Positions 44,605-56,989 of a DNA stretch of 64,000 nucleotides are shown here, one piece after another. The notes beneath the pieces were generated by a model that was given only the letters and a program-made list of their open reading frames with translations, had not been told where the DNA came from and ran no database searches. The DNA is taken from assembly GCA_964016885.1 (NCBI GenBank), contig OZ024745.1:37758001-37822000 (forward strand). Reading direction: 5' to 3'. The translations under genes and the position numbers were made by a program. Position 1 is the stretch's first letter; every line of letters begins with the position of its first letter. The stretch is from Eledone cirrhosa. Lineage: Eukaryota.

Positions 44605-45957
44605 ATCACTGACAACTCATCTCATAAGTAACACTGAGTAAAGCTGAGTATTACATAAATCGGATGCACGACGCAAATGAGAATATTGCTATGGTACAGA
44701 CACTTAATACGGATGGATGATGCGTGACGAAGTGCCAGGAATTGCGATTCCAAGACCAGATGATGTGTTATGCTCTTGAGCAAGACATTTTATTTCATGT
44801 TACTCATTCTGCTTGATGTTCCGACCAATGGAAATATTGTTTCCGTGGTCCATCTTGACGTGTTCCACTTCGCTTGGTAAGAGAATGAGGTCGGGGGTTT
44901 GTCGGTCGATTTAAAAAAAAGTGCTGCCTTGTGTGCTTGATTTTGCAATGAGGTATATTTTAAGTCATAAACTAGTAATGTATTGCTTCTATAATATTTC
45001 CCCCTAATCTTTCTTCTGTTTGTGTGTTTTGTGGTTTGTCTATTCCACTAATCCATGTTTATTATCAAGTCTGTATTTTGTATAATTTCTATGTTGCTTT
45101 ATCTGGTAGACGATTGATTGTCTTACATAAACCCAACATGTTTAAACCTTTCCTTGTGTCATTTTTCAAATTCAAATCATATATTAATTCTTCTAGTGAA
45201 TTCATATATTGTCTGCAGTAGTTTTTTCTACTTATTTAACATTTGCATCGTACAACTTACAAATATCATCTATACATAACAGATGATTCATTATCCTCCA
45301 TAATTTCCACCTTGGTCTAACACGATGGTTTTAAATATGTAAGCGCCAGGCAGAAAAGCGACGAGAAAGGAAACGATGTACATTTGGAATATTTCATTTC
45401 TAATATCTTTGTTTTCACAGGAACCTTTCTATTTGTGTCGTCAAAACTGCCTGCCATTCATTGTTGAGATGCTCTGCTCTTATAGTTGGAGCTGGTAATG
45501 GATAATATTTTTAGACTCCATGAATGAAGAACAATGTTAAAAGTCTTCTGGTAGGCAACACCTCTGTCCACTAATTTCCATAAATGTTTCACCAGAGTAC
45601 TCGAAGACTTCATTTCAAGGTGTCTTAGAGTCGAAACATGCAATTAAAACTTCTGCTAAAACTTATCTTCTAACAGACTCACATATGATTACCCACCCAC
45701 TACGTGGTTCTCAGGTGTAACCTTTGCTGTGTATGCAATCGGCTTTATGTTCGAAGCACTTTGCAGTAAGCATTCATCTTTTTTCTGCATGAACATCCGG
45801 GTTTTTCCCTTTCGGCTATCATTAACTTCATGGTAGGGTCACATGAATAACTGTTTATAACTAGGTAGGCAGTAGAATGACTGTGTGAATAAGGAGCCTC
45901 TTTTGTAGCTACATGTATTTCAACAAAACGCATATGCACAGACATATTTTTGTATGT

Positions 45958-46036
<79 letters not shown>

Positions 46037-46315
46037 GGTGGGTGAGCGAGCATGTGTTTGTGTGTCTGCATTTCTTCATCTGTACGGTTACAAACGTGAA
46101 ACTCAGGTTTAGGATTCAAGAAGCATCGTCACCTCAAAATACACTATGTAATGAGTAATTTTTTCACCGTTTGTAAAGCCACATTCTCACCCATCCATGC
46201 ATCCATCTATATATGCATACAGACATCCATACACGTACGTAAGTGTATATGAAAGTATGCACACACAAATACACACACACACTGATTCTCAACAGAGAAT
46301 AAGCCCAGTAATATA

Positions 46316-46503
46316 ATTGTTTCTACTTTTGGCACAAGGCCAGCAATTATCACAGTGTATTACTGGTACTTTATTTAATCGATCCCGTAAGGATGAAAAA
46401 CAAAGTTAACCTCGGCGGGATTTGAACTCAGAGCATAAAGGGCCGTAACTCTTTGCTGCAAAGCATGGCGTCCGACCCTCTACCGATACTGCCAATCCAC
46501 CGC
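46316..46503 (-). mobile_element. SINE family A
   Basis: matches the 35338 copy. Confidence 0.88.
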
Positions 46504-46619
46504 TGTACTATAATATATAAATATTATATTCTACTTTTATCACAAGGACTTGGCAAATCAGAATATGTATAAGAGTGTGTGGGCATATATAATATTATAT
46601 ATTCATTAAGGCTAAATGT

Positions 46620-46840
46620 TGAGAAAAGAATACTCAACACCGTAAAATGTTAATATTCATTTTATTAAAGCTAAATATTGAATCTTGTTTCTCCGGAGTT
46701 TCACCTGTTTATAAAAAGATCATATTGGTGGCTGACCTTGTGATAATATGGCGAAACTCCAGAGTAACAAGACTCAATATTTAGCCTTCATTAAATGAAT
46801 ATTAAAACTTAACTTCGGTATTGAGTACTCCTTTCTCTCA
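46620..46840. repeat. Diverged foldback containing a hammerhead 3' half
   Basis: left arm ends cttgtttctccggagtttcacc; right arm begins ggcGAAActccagagTAacaag. Confidence 0.75.
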
Positions 46841-46890
46841 GCCGTCAACCATAAGGATATGTTTGTACACAACCACACACATTTTACCCC

Positions 46891-46947
<57 letters not shown>

Positions 46948-47024
46948 TGTTAAACTTGGGGAGGGTCATATTGTTATAATATTGCCAGAAATAATGAGAG
47001 AGAGAGGGGGAGAGAGAGAGAGAG

Positions 47025-47086
<62 letters not shown>

Positions 47087-47740
47087 GAGAGAGATGCATG
47101 TATGTATAAATGTTTGTATGTAAGTATGTTGTCTAATATATATGTGTATTCATGTATTATATTTTATATAGAAGCATGTGCCTCAGATTATGATACAAAG
47201 CTAAAATCAAACCAAACTTACCTGAAAGCTGTCCAACTTTGCCTATATAGTTATAAAAACTTACAAACACATAGATAACATGATATAATAAAAATCCTCA
47301 CAGCAGCGCCTGCTGCTGTTGTTATCTTGGCGTTTCTCTTCCTCTCTCTCTTACCCACTTATTCTTTCTATCTCTCCAACACACCCTCTCTCGCATACTC
47401 CCTATCTCATAAACTTCCCCTGTCACTCACACGCGTACTCTCTATCTCCGTCGCTCCCTCTCTCCTTCTCTCTCATTCCTTTTGACTGTCCAACATTCTC
47501 AGCGGTATAATAATGGTTTCTAATTCAGGCTCAATGTCAGCAATTTGAAGTGAATGGGAAAAGTCGATTAATTCCATCAGAGTACTTGACTGATACTTTA
47601 TTTTATCGACCTTGGAAAAATGACAAGTAAAGTTGAAGCTGGCGGAATTTGAACATAGGGTATAAAGAACAGGAAGAAATGTCCCAAGTCAATTTGTCTG
47701 ACGCTCTAACACTTCTACCATTTCACTACTTTTACCATCA

Positions 47741-47915
47741 TAATTGTTTCTACTTTTGGCACAAGGCCAGCAAGTACCCAGTGCATTACTGGTACTTTAT
47801 TTTATCGATCACGTAATGATGAAAGGCAAAGTTAACCTCGGCTGGATTTGAACTCAGAATGGTAAGCGCCGTAACTCTTGCGACCCTCCACCGATACTGC
47901 CAACCCACCGCCCTT
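47741..47915 (-). mobile_element. SINE family A (within a cluster of 3-4 older copies, 47515-48220)
   Basis: matches the 35338 copy. Confidence 0.85.
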
Positions 47916-48459
47916 CATTTAAATAATTATAACAATAGTTTTTTAATTCAGACACTAGGCCACCGATCCGGGGTAGGTGAAAGTCGTATAAATCGACACC
48001 AGTACTTGATTGGTATTATGTTTTATCGACCTGGGAAGGATGAAAACTCAAATTTTCTTCGGTGATAATTGAGACCAGAACGCAGAAGGCCACAAGAAAG
48101 TATTGCAATGCATTTTATCTGATCTACTAACACCCTGTCAATTATATCAAAGATATAACAATGGTTTCTGATTTAGGCACAAGGCCAACAATTTTTTGGG
48201 AGGCGAAGGTCGATTAAAGGACCGCCCGGTTCATGAATCGAATTCAGGATATTACGATTTTGAGCCCAACAACTTAACCACTAAGGTTCCATAAATGCAG
48301 TTATAAGATGTCCATCGTGACAGTCGGTGTGTCGGGGACATTTTTATACATAGCAAAGCCCATCCCTCTCCGAACTTGATCATAGCCGATATATATAAAT
48401 ATATGCGTAGGTTTTACGTGTTGCTGTGTCAGTGCCTATTTAAACCGATCTAAAAACTA

Positions 48460-48528
<69 letters not shown>

Positions 48529-48535
<7 letters not shown>

Positions 48536-48980
48536 ATAATAAAATTGAAGACTAAAATCCAAAGAGGGCTCGATAAGGATAAATATATATCAAATATATA
48601 AGAACCGTAGAGCAAATATTTATTAAAATAACAGATTAAAGTTTAAGCAAAGAATCGATGCTTTCACCCTTTCAGAAGATCCCGTTAAGGGTGTAAGCAG
48701 CGATTTTTTGCTCAAAGTTTAATGTGTTATTTTAATAAATATTTGCTCTACGGTTCTTATATATTTGATATATATTTATCCTTATCGAGCCCTCTTTGAA
48801 TTTTAGTCTTCAATTTTATTATTACTATATATATATATATATATATATATAGTAATAATTATAAATTTGAAGACTAAAATCCAAAGAGGGCTCGATTGAT
48901 TTTTTTAGTTTTAGAAGATCCCGTTAAGGGTGAAAGCACCAATTTTTGCTTAAACTTTAATCTGTTATTTTAATAAATAA
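48529..48980. repeat. ~140-bp-arm foldback plus rearranged copies of an HHR-like element (also at 17394-17462 and 41630-41752)
   Basis: 48529-48669 is the reverse complement of ~48689-48829; the centre reads cagaagatcccgttaagggtg(a/t)aagc. Confidence 0.88.
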
Positions 48981-49198
48981 ATATATATATATATAAATAT
49001 GCATACATACATATATATATATACATAAATATACATACATACATACATATATATATACATAAATACATATATATATATACATTACATAAATATACATAGA
49101 TGTGTGTGTGTGTGTGTACGATAGGCTTCTACCAATTTTCCGTCCTCCATATTCCACTCATATAGCATTGACTAAACTATGTCTACATCTACCCGTAT

Positions 49199-49316
<118 letters not shown>

Positions 49317-49700
49317 CATAGGCTAATAAAAAATCCTTCGATCATGAATGACCATGTGATTTGTACCTAGAATGTTTCCCTCCCAGTCACAAGACCGGGC
49401 AAGGTTGTTTGCAGAATACCACCAGTCGCCCTTGCATACCAGTCTCCCCTCTCCACACCACCGATGTTGTCCAAGAGAAAGACAAAAGCCAATACAACAT
49501 GGCACCAGTGACGTCAGTAAATTATAACTTATACTATTTTCTCCTTGGTTACTCACTTGCATGTGCCATTGTTCCGAGGTCCCCCTTCTATTCGGTATGT
49601 TTACTTCGTTTTTTCCTTTTCCCTTTTTTTCTTTCTTCCTCTCTCTTCACTATAGTTTCTTTCCCTCATGGCCTTTTGATGGATAAAAGGCCTCGGGCGC

Positions 49701-49770
49701 GCTGCGGATCGATGTCCTGTTTTAAGTGCCGAAATATCTATGATCCGCAGTAAACAGCTGAGGAAGGGCA
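49701..49770 (+). ncRNA. Candidate hammerhead ribozyme with non-canonical strand order
   Basis: gatGTC|ctgttt..tgccGAAAtatc..aaacagCTGAGGAagggca; stems I, II and III can each be paired. Confidence 0.55.
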
Positions 49771-51074
49771 ACTTTTCTTCTGTTGTTTACCTCTCCATTA
49801 CTATCACACACTTACAGTAACCACACATCCTGCCTCTCTTTTTACCTGTATTTATATATATATATACACACACACATTTATTTATATATATATATATACA
49901 CATATGTATGTGTATATATATATATATATATATATCTATATATCTATATATATATATATATACATATATATACAGAGAGAGAGAGAGAGAGAAAGAGAAA
50001 GAGAGAGAGAATAACTATGACGCTATAATTGAGCAAAAGAAAGTTTCTCATTCGCTACACCTGTCTGAATAGGTGCATTGATTTGTTTGTTTTTCAAAAT
50101 TTTTCTTTGTTATTGTTGTTTTGTAATTATTACTGTTTTTTTCTTTCTTGCTGTCATTCTTGTTGGTGTTGTTGTTGCTCCTGTATTTGTTGTTTTTGTT
50201 CTTTTTATTTTCGAGTAATTCCATCCATGTCATGTGTGATCCACCATACCTATGATCTATATGTATTAACCCAAGGACAGCGTTACTATTAAGCTCAACT
50301 AAGCAGCCGTCAGTGGCACAAACATTGGAGCGGCACATTACTGAACATTAAAGGGTCACAGTTTTCTACATATTTACATAATTAATTAAAATATATAATC
50401 ATTTCCTTCGATCAATAAAAAAAAAAATCACTAAACATCTGTGCCGTAAAGCAGGGCTGTAAAAATGTTGAAAGCGGTGGAATGTGTCGTATGGTGTTAT
50501 ATCCGGTCATATGGTATGGCATGGGTGAACTGAAACATTCACATCGTCGTAAGTGTCCGAGATCCCACACATAACACTATTAATTTAAAATGCGGTGGAT
50601 TGACAGAATAGTTAGCGTCGGACAAAATGGTTTGCAGTGTTTATTTCGAGTCTTCTCTCTTCAAATCCGCCCCTTACTTATATCAAGTATCGATAAAATA
50701 AAGTACCAGTCAAGCATTAGGGCTGTTGAAATAAACTACCAATCATGTACTTGGGTCAATTTAATCTATTAACCCAAATTGTACCTATAATACAAATAGC
50801 TATTTTAAGATATACGACCACCCCTCACATAATGATTTCATTTAACACACAATTACGACCATAAATTTCTTTTTCGGTAATTTTTCCATGGTACATATTT
50901 TTGTATTCATGGAGAAGCAAATAATTTACCTTGTAGTGTGAAAGGCACTTGCCATTTTTGTTAGAGCTTATCACTACGCCTCTCCATTAGTATTTAAGTC
51001 TGGATCGCTTTTCCTTTGAATCACTCATTTCCATATTAGGTGGTCAGTGCCAATATGTGTATCGAAGTCGCTGA

Positions 51075-51420
51075 TTAGCGACACCAACAGAGCAACACCA
51101 ACAGAGACCTTTCTTTCAGCTTAAGTTTCAAGAAACAAATTCTCCCTCTCGATGGGATACAGTCCATAACACATTCTGACAGCTCAGGGCTTGTAAGTGT
51201 CGCCACACACGCCTGTGCAGTCATGTCTGTTGTCAGACCTGAATAGAGGAGTTTCCTTTTTCTATCCAAATCTTCAGTACCAGAGTCACGAAACTTTGTT
51301 GAGGAATCCCCTACAATATCTAGCCGGAAGCATTTTAACTTCTCCATTAGTTCCTGCTCCTTACCTGTATGAGTTGTAACGTTCCACTTGCAAATTGGAC
51401 ACTAGGGATACGCAGCCTGG
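51075..51420 (-). mobile_element. RTE LINE APE-endonuclease fragment
   Basis: WNVTT..GKEQELMEKLKCFRLDIVG.SSTK...LLYSG...RICFLKLKL. Confidence 0.8.
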
Positions 51421-51884
51421 GAGGCGTCCAGCCCACACCGCCTAGGACAGGTATAAAGCCCATTGTCAGTGCTTGCAGCGTTGGATGGAGACAGCGATAT
51501 ATTTTTCGAGGAGGCTCCTCTACATAAGGCCTGAATGCGTCCCTTGTTATCTAACGATATAAATGCCATTATTTTTTCTTATCATACTGCAATGTTTTGG
51601 TGACCTTATTCACACCAGTCAGTAATTTCGTGCGTTTCTCAGAGCCTTGAAGTCTAGGCCTTTTTAGAGGCGGCCTTTACTCGCCTCGTTGCAGTTACAT
51701 AACTGGGTTGTGATTGTTATCTTGGGAGCGAACCGTGTCATCCATTGCTCCAATTCCCTTTGTACTTTATCGCTGTTGGTTCGGGGCAGCTCATTCGATC
51801 ATCAGGAGGCCACTTATATCGTGATCCGTTCTCTAGAAAACAGTTATGCGGATATATACTTGATAGGAATGTTGCCAAGTGCTA

Positions 51885-52510
51885 CAAAACAAAAATGCTG
51901 CGAAGACTGAGACAGTCTATTCACTGCACGTTACATGTGAAAGAAGCTCCACTGAAGCAGGTAGAGATATTCTAGTATCTTTTGGCGGTGTTCACGAGTG
52001 ATGGAAGGTAGGAGGCTAAATTAAGTGCAATAACTGCAGGAGCTGGTGCAGTAAAGTGCCAGTTTCAGTATTCGGAAACCAGAAAAAGGTAGGTAGGTGT
52101 AAAAGCCAAACTTCAATTTGATATTCGTGTCACCTATTATCTATATATCTTTGGTAATGACTGAAAAAATACGATCACAAATACAGGCGGCCAAAATGTG
52201 TTCCTCCGAAGGGTTTTTGGAATAACGTTACTCGAAAGAGTGCATAGCTCGGATATCAGAGAGTTGCTCATCATAGGACCGCTACTTCTGCGAATTGAGA
52301 GAACACAGCTTGGATACGATGGACATGTGATCAGAATGTCTCAGGAAACAATCGCTGGACAGATTTTACAGGCAAAACAAACTGACAGGAGAACCAAGAG
52401 TAGCCCTCCTAGCAAGATGGTTGGATAATATCCACGAGTTCGGCTGGTCTCGTTTGTGGAAGGCACGCTTGAAGCCTGTGGTCCCACGACCCTCCCGGAA
52501 AGAAGAAGAA
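51885..52510 (+). mobile_element. RTE LINE RT C-terminal fragment
   Basis: LKQVE.F.YL...FTSDG, IQAAKM.FLRRVFGITLLERVHSSDIRE..LLLRIERTQL..GHVIRM; (gaa)n tail. Confidence 0.85.
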
Positions 52511-53439
52511 AGATATGGAGGAGGTAACGAATCTTAGTATGGACGCCTACCACAATGTTTAACAATAAACAGTTAACATTTATTGAATATCTGCAAAACA
52601 TCAGTTCAAACAACATCTGGTCTGGGTTATACCTCTCACACACACACACACACACACACATTATACATACGCTCCCTATATATATTTATTATTACTAATA
52701 TATATATATATATATATATAATATGTGTATGCGTGCGTGTGTATGTGTGAGGACGCGTGTTTGTGTCAAGTTTAAGAAAACCATACTGTAAACAATATTC
52801 TTTGTGTTTTAATCAATTTATTATCTTTTTGAAGTAGAGTTGGATTTCCCTATAAAGTTGTTAAATATATTGTTTTCAATATCAACATTGTTTTTGGACG
52901 TGGACATGTATATTGCATATATTGTTACGATCTAAGCGGCGAAGTGGCAGAGTTGTAAAAATGGTGAAGCTGATTGATGACGAGTGGTCCAAGTGACGTT
53001 GACTCGATGTCAAGGAAAGGATGGAACCTTCCCCATCATCGTGATTCCAATTGTGAGTGGCTCAAAACAGAAAACTTTGTTACAGTCTTGTGGGCTGTTT
53101 GAGTTAAGCGCCTTACCAACACCAATAGCGCTTCGGACGCGAAAGTCCACCCCTGCATCTGGATCAACCTGTGGTGTCGATAGCTTAAGCATGGTGGCAA
53201 GTGACATCGATACAAAGATTTTGATGTGTGCCGGGTGAGTGTAACATTGCTCAAATTCCTGTAGGGCGGGTGTTGTTTAGGAGCCTCGGCCATGCTCAAA
53301 CCTGGGGTGAGTGATGTGGCTGGATTTAGGGACCATGTGGCGTTGAAGGTCGAGTCTATATATCCCAGCGATACATCGACGCGGGAGAAATTGCTACTTT
53401 CTTCTGTATTTGAACGAAACGTTCGTAAATCTATTAAAT

Positions 53440-53618
53440 AATTGTTTCTACTTTTGGCACAAGGCCAGCAATTATCCCATTGTATTACTGGTACTTTATT
53501 TCATCGACCCCGTAAGGATGAAAGGCAAAGTTAACCTTAGCGGGATTTGAACTCAGACCATAAAGGGCCGTAAGCTGCAAAGTATGGCGTCCGACCCTCT
53601 ACCGATACTGCCAATCCA
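53440..53618 (-). mobile_element. SINE family A
   Basis: matches the 35338 copy. Confidence 0.88.
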
Positions 53619-53647
53619 ATGTAACTAAACCCTGGTTATTTTATCCT

Positions 53648-53706
<59 letters not shown>

Positions 53707-53721
53707 ATATATATATATATG

Positions 53722-53764
<43 letters not shown>

Positions 53765-53765
53765 G

Positions 53766-53806
<41 letters not shown>

Positions 53807-53895
53807 ATATATATATATATATGTATGTATATATATATATATATATGTATGTATATATATATATATATATATGTATGTATATATATATATATGTA

Positions 53896-53959
<64 letters not shown>

Positions 53960-53965
<6 letters not shown>

Positions 53966-54275
53966 TTAAAACAATGAAATAAAAAATCAAGTCATTAGAG
54001 ATATACTTCACTGCTTTACGATCGTTTCTAGATGGGGATAATACATTGTGTCTATACTCTGTTATTGATCTATGTAAGTTTACAAACTATCAGCTTTTGA
54101 AAACAGCTGGTGATATGCATGTAAGTAAATATTCTCTCTATCTGATAATTTGTAAACTTACATAGATCAATAACTGAGTATAGATACAATGTATTATCAC
54201 CATGTAGAAACGATCGTAAAGCAGTGAAGTATATCTCTAATGACTTGATTTTTTATTTCATTGTTTTAACTTATA
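53960..54275. repeat. ~133-bp-arm foldback containing a hammerhead 3' half (GAAACGATCGTA), next to (TA)n
   Basis: 53960-54092 is the reverse complement of 54142-54275. Confidence 0.9.
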
Positions 54276-54403
54276 TCATGACTCTGTTTTCCTTTTAATG
54301 TTTTATTGTTTTCTGAGATTTATCTTAACCTACAACATTTTCAACAAATGGTTCAACGTTGAGTCCTTCAGTCAGAATAGACCCCACAACTTACAGTGGA
54401 TAC

Positions 54404-54451
<48 letters not shown>

Positions 54452-54862
54452 TCACGCATGGACACACTGTGCTTGCATTGATTAAATGTGAAACGGGTGA
54501 TATAATAGCTTGTGTTTCTCAGTTATTTCCATTAGAAAGTATAGCTGTAATGTCTGGTTAATAACATGCAAGAGTTACTTCCCATGTATTTTATAGTTTC
54601 TAAAGTAGCCTCCCTTGTAATTCTTTTAGAACAAACAAAATGATGATTTCTGAGTTAGGAACAAGGCCAAAATTTGGTGGGAGGGTGAAAGTCGCTTAAA
54701 TCGACCTCAGTGCATTACTGGTACTTTATTTTATCGACGCTTTAAGGATGAAAGATAAAGTTAACCTCGGCGTGATTAGAAATCAGAACGTAAAGATTCG
54801 TAATTATATGCTACACAGCATGTTGTGCGACGCTCTACTGATACTGCCAACCCCCGCCCTAC

Positions 54863-55060
54863 GTGAAGCTTAGGCTGAAAGATAGGTGTCTGTGGAAGGT
54901 GCAAGTTTATGCGCCAAACAAGGAGTCCGAATACAGGTCCTTCGTTGATGATGTCACTGCAGCATTAGATGTAGTTAAGAGTGAGTCATACATCCTGATG
55001 GGAGACTACAATGAACATTTAGGCACTGACTACCTGGCATGGAAAGAAGAAGAAGAAGAA
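54863..55060 (+). mobile_element. RTE endonuclease fragment
   Basis: VQVYAPNKESEY..F...ILMGDYNEHLG. Confidence 0.8.
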
Positions 55061-55288
55061 ACCGCTTCTAGTTATACTTTTGAATATTTCTCGTACACTC
55101 ACACCACGTTGAAACGATCTTTTCTTTTTTCTGTTTTGAAATTTTTTTTTCTTATTTATTTATTCATGTATTTATTTATTTACTTATGATATTTAAACAA
55201 ATACATAGAAAAATATAACGCATGCAATGCGATACAGAAATGAATATCATTATGAAAAACGAACCGAAAATAGAATTGCTTAGCTGAA

Positions 55289-55471
55289 ATTGGCAGTATC
55301 GGTAGAGGGTCGGATATGCTTTCCAGCATAGTTACGTCCCTTTACGATCTGAGTTCAAATCCCGCCGAGGTTAACTTTGCCTTTCATCCATACAGAGGTC
55401 GATAAAATAAAGTACCAGTAATGTACTGGGTAATGGGTAATTGCTGGCTTTGTACCAAAAGTAGAAACAAT
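55289..55471 (+). mobile_element. SINE family A
   Basis: matches the 35338 copy. Confidence 0.88.
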
Positions 55472-55519
55472 TACTATTCCTTTATCGGCCTCTAGAGCCG
55501 AAACATAAAGGACAATACA

Positions 55520-56760
55520 ATAGAACAGTGAGTGGGGTTTTACATAAAATGTGTAAAAAAACAAAAACAGGTGACAATTAAAATTTCTCAATAGGAGTAA
55601 ACATCACCCAGGGGTAGCTTAGCAACACCACAGATACGAAACCACATTAATCACCAAGAGTACCCTAGGAAAGTACTCTTCACGCTGAATTCTCTAGCCT
55701 ATAGGGGAATGTTCAAAATTGGCCCATCCCCTCGGGCAACCCTCCTACATTCACCCACCATTTAGCAGATGTACTATTTGGGGGGAGTTGCACTTCCCTC
55801 ACAAATTTGGTGAACGGTGAAGGGGGGGGGGGAGACACAAATATCAAGCGGAAGCGATGTAAGCGTTCTCCACTTCCACCCGATCTTTCTGTGAGAGCTT
55901 CCCCTTGGACCACTTCTGTGTAAGTCACCAACCTGCTCGTAACCACATTTCAGTTCCTGTCCATCTGGAGGTCTGGCCCAAACAAAATCCCTAACAAATT
56001 CGGCTGGTCTGTCCGTCCAGCGTCCGACGGCGCTGTTGAACGGCATAGATTTGCCTCTCCAGGTACCGAGTTACAAACCCACTGACTTATCCTGGTTGAC
56101 TTTTGTTCCCGGCAAAGTTTTAAATTCGTCCAAGAATTGCACGACCACCTCGATTTCTGAAGTGTTCGACACCATCACGGTGAAGTTGTCCGCCGCATAT
56201 GCTTACACACCAACTCTGCGTCTCAGTTTTAGCGGGATACCCTGCAACAGCTCCAACCCCGATAACTAGCACACACAGAATAAAGGAGAGAGAGAGCACC
56301 ATTGACGTTGAGACCGCGTGGAACAGTTCCGATATGTGGCCATTTTTTCTGACCAACAAGCAGATGCCGCTGTGCATTGTAGGGATTCAGCCTCTGAAGT
56401 CGGGACCAAAACAGGTTGCCTTGAGGACAGTCTCTAGGTATGGATGCTGGATCCTATGGAATGTTTTCGATTGATCTAATTTAATCAGTGACCCACCGAA
56501 GCGTGGCTTATTCCCTACCCTCTTTGTTTCGTATAGCATGAGGATGTGTTGGGGGGGGGGGGGGGGTTTGTCGTGTATAGAGTTGTTCTAGATTGTTCAC
56601 ATTTGCACTTCCCCTACCAGACCTTTGAGGGTAACAGCCCGATTGGCCGAGGGAGGGCTGTGAGCGATTGAAGACATTCCAATTTCCTGGTGTGGCTCAG
56701 AAATAGTTGAAAACCCTCCCTAAGATTATGTGGTATTTTTGCTTGGAACTATCAGGGGCG
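55520..56760 (-). mobile_element. Older, internally deleted Tx1-clade LINE copy
   Basis: LIKLDQSKTF, SAYAADNFTVMV, NQDKSVGL.LGTWRGKSMPFNSAVGRWTDRP, paralleling 58075-59064. Confidence 0.8.
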
Positions 56761-56989
56761 ACAATGCCTCCAATAATAACAAAAATTAAGTGGTGGTGGT
56801 GGTGGTGGGAGATGATTAGTCAAGACTTGAGAATACTTGATGAAGAGAGGGGGATTGAGAGTGATTGTTGTATGATAGATATATAGATGAGGAAAGTGTA
56901 GTAGCGATTGGTATAGAGAAGGGCGTTGAGAGAGACAGTGTCGTGGTAGACATAAAGAGGGGGAGAGTTTAGTGTTAATTGATATAAAT

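Noticed and set aside
45440-45560. Weak hAT dimerisation-like peptide (LSITSSN../EQSISTMN)
   Set aside because: Requires a frameshift and is out of order relative to the 43.1-kb relic; too degenerate to call.
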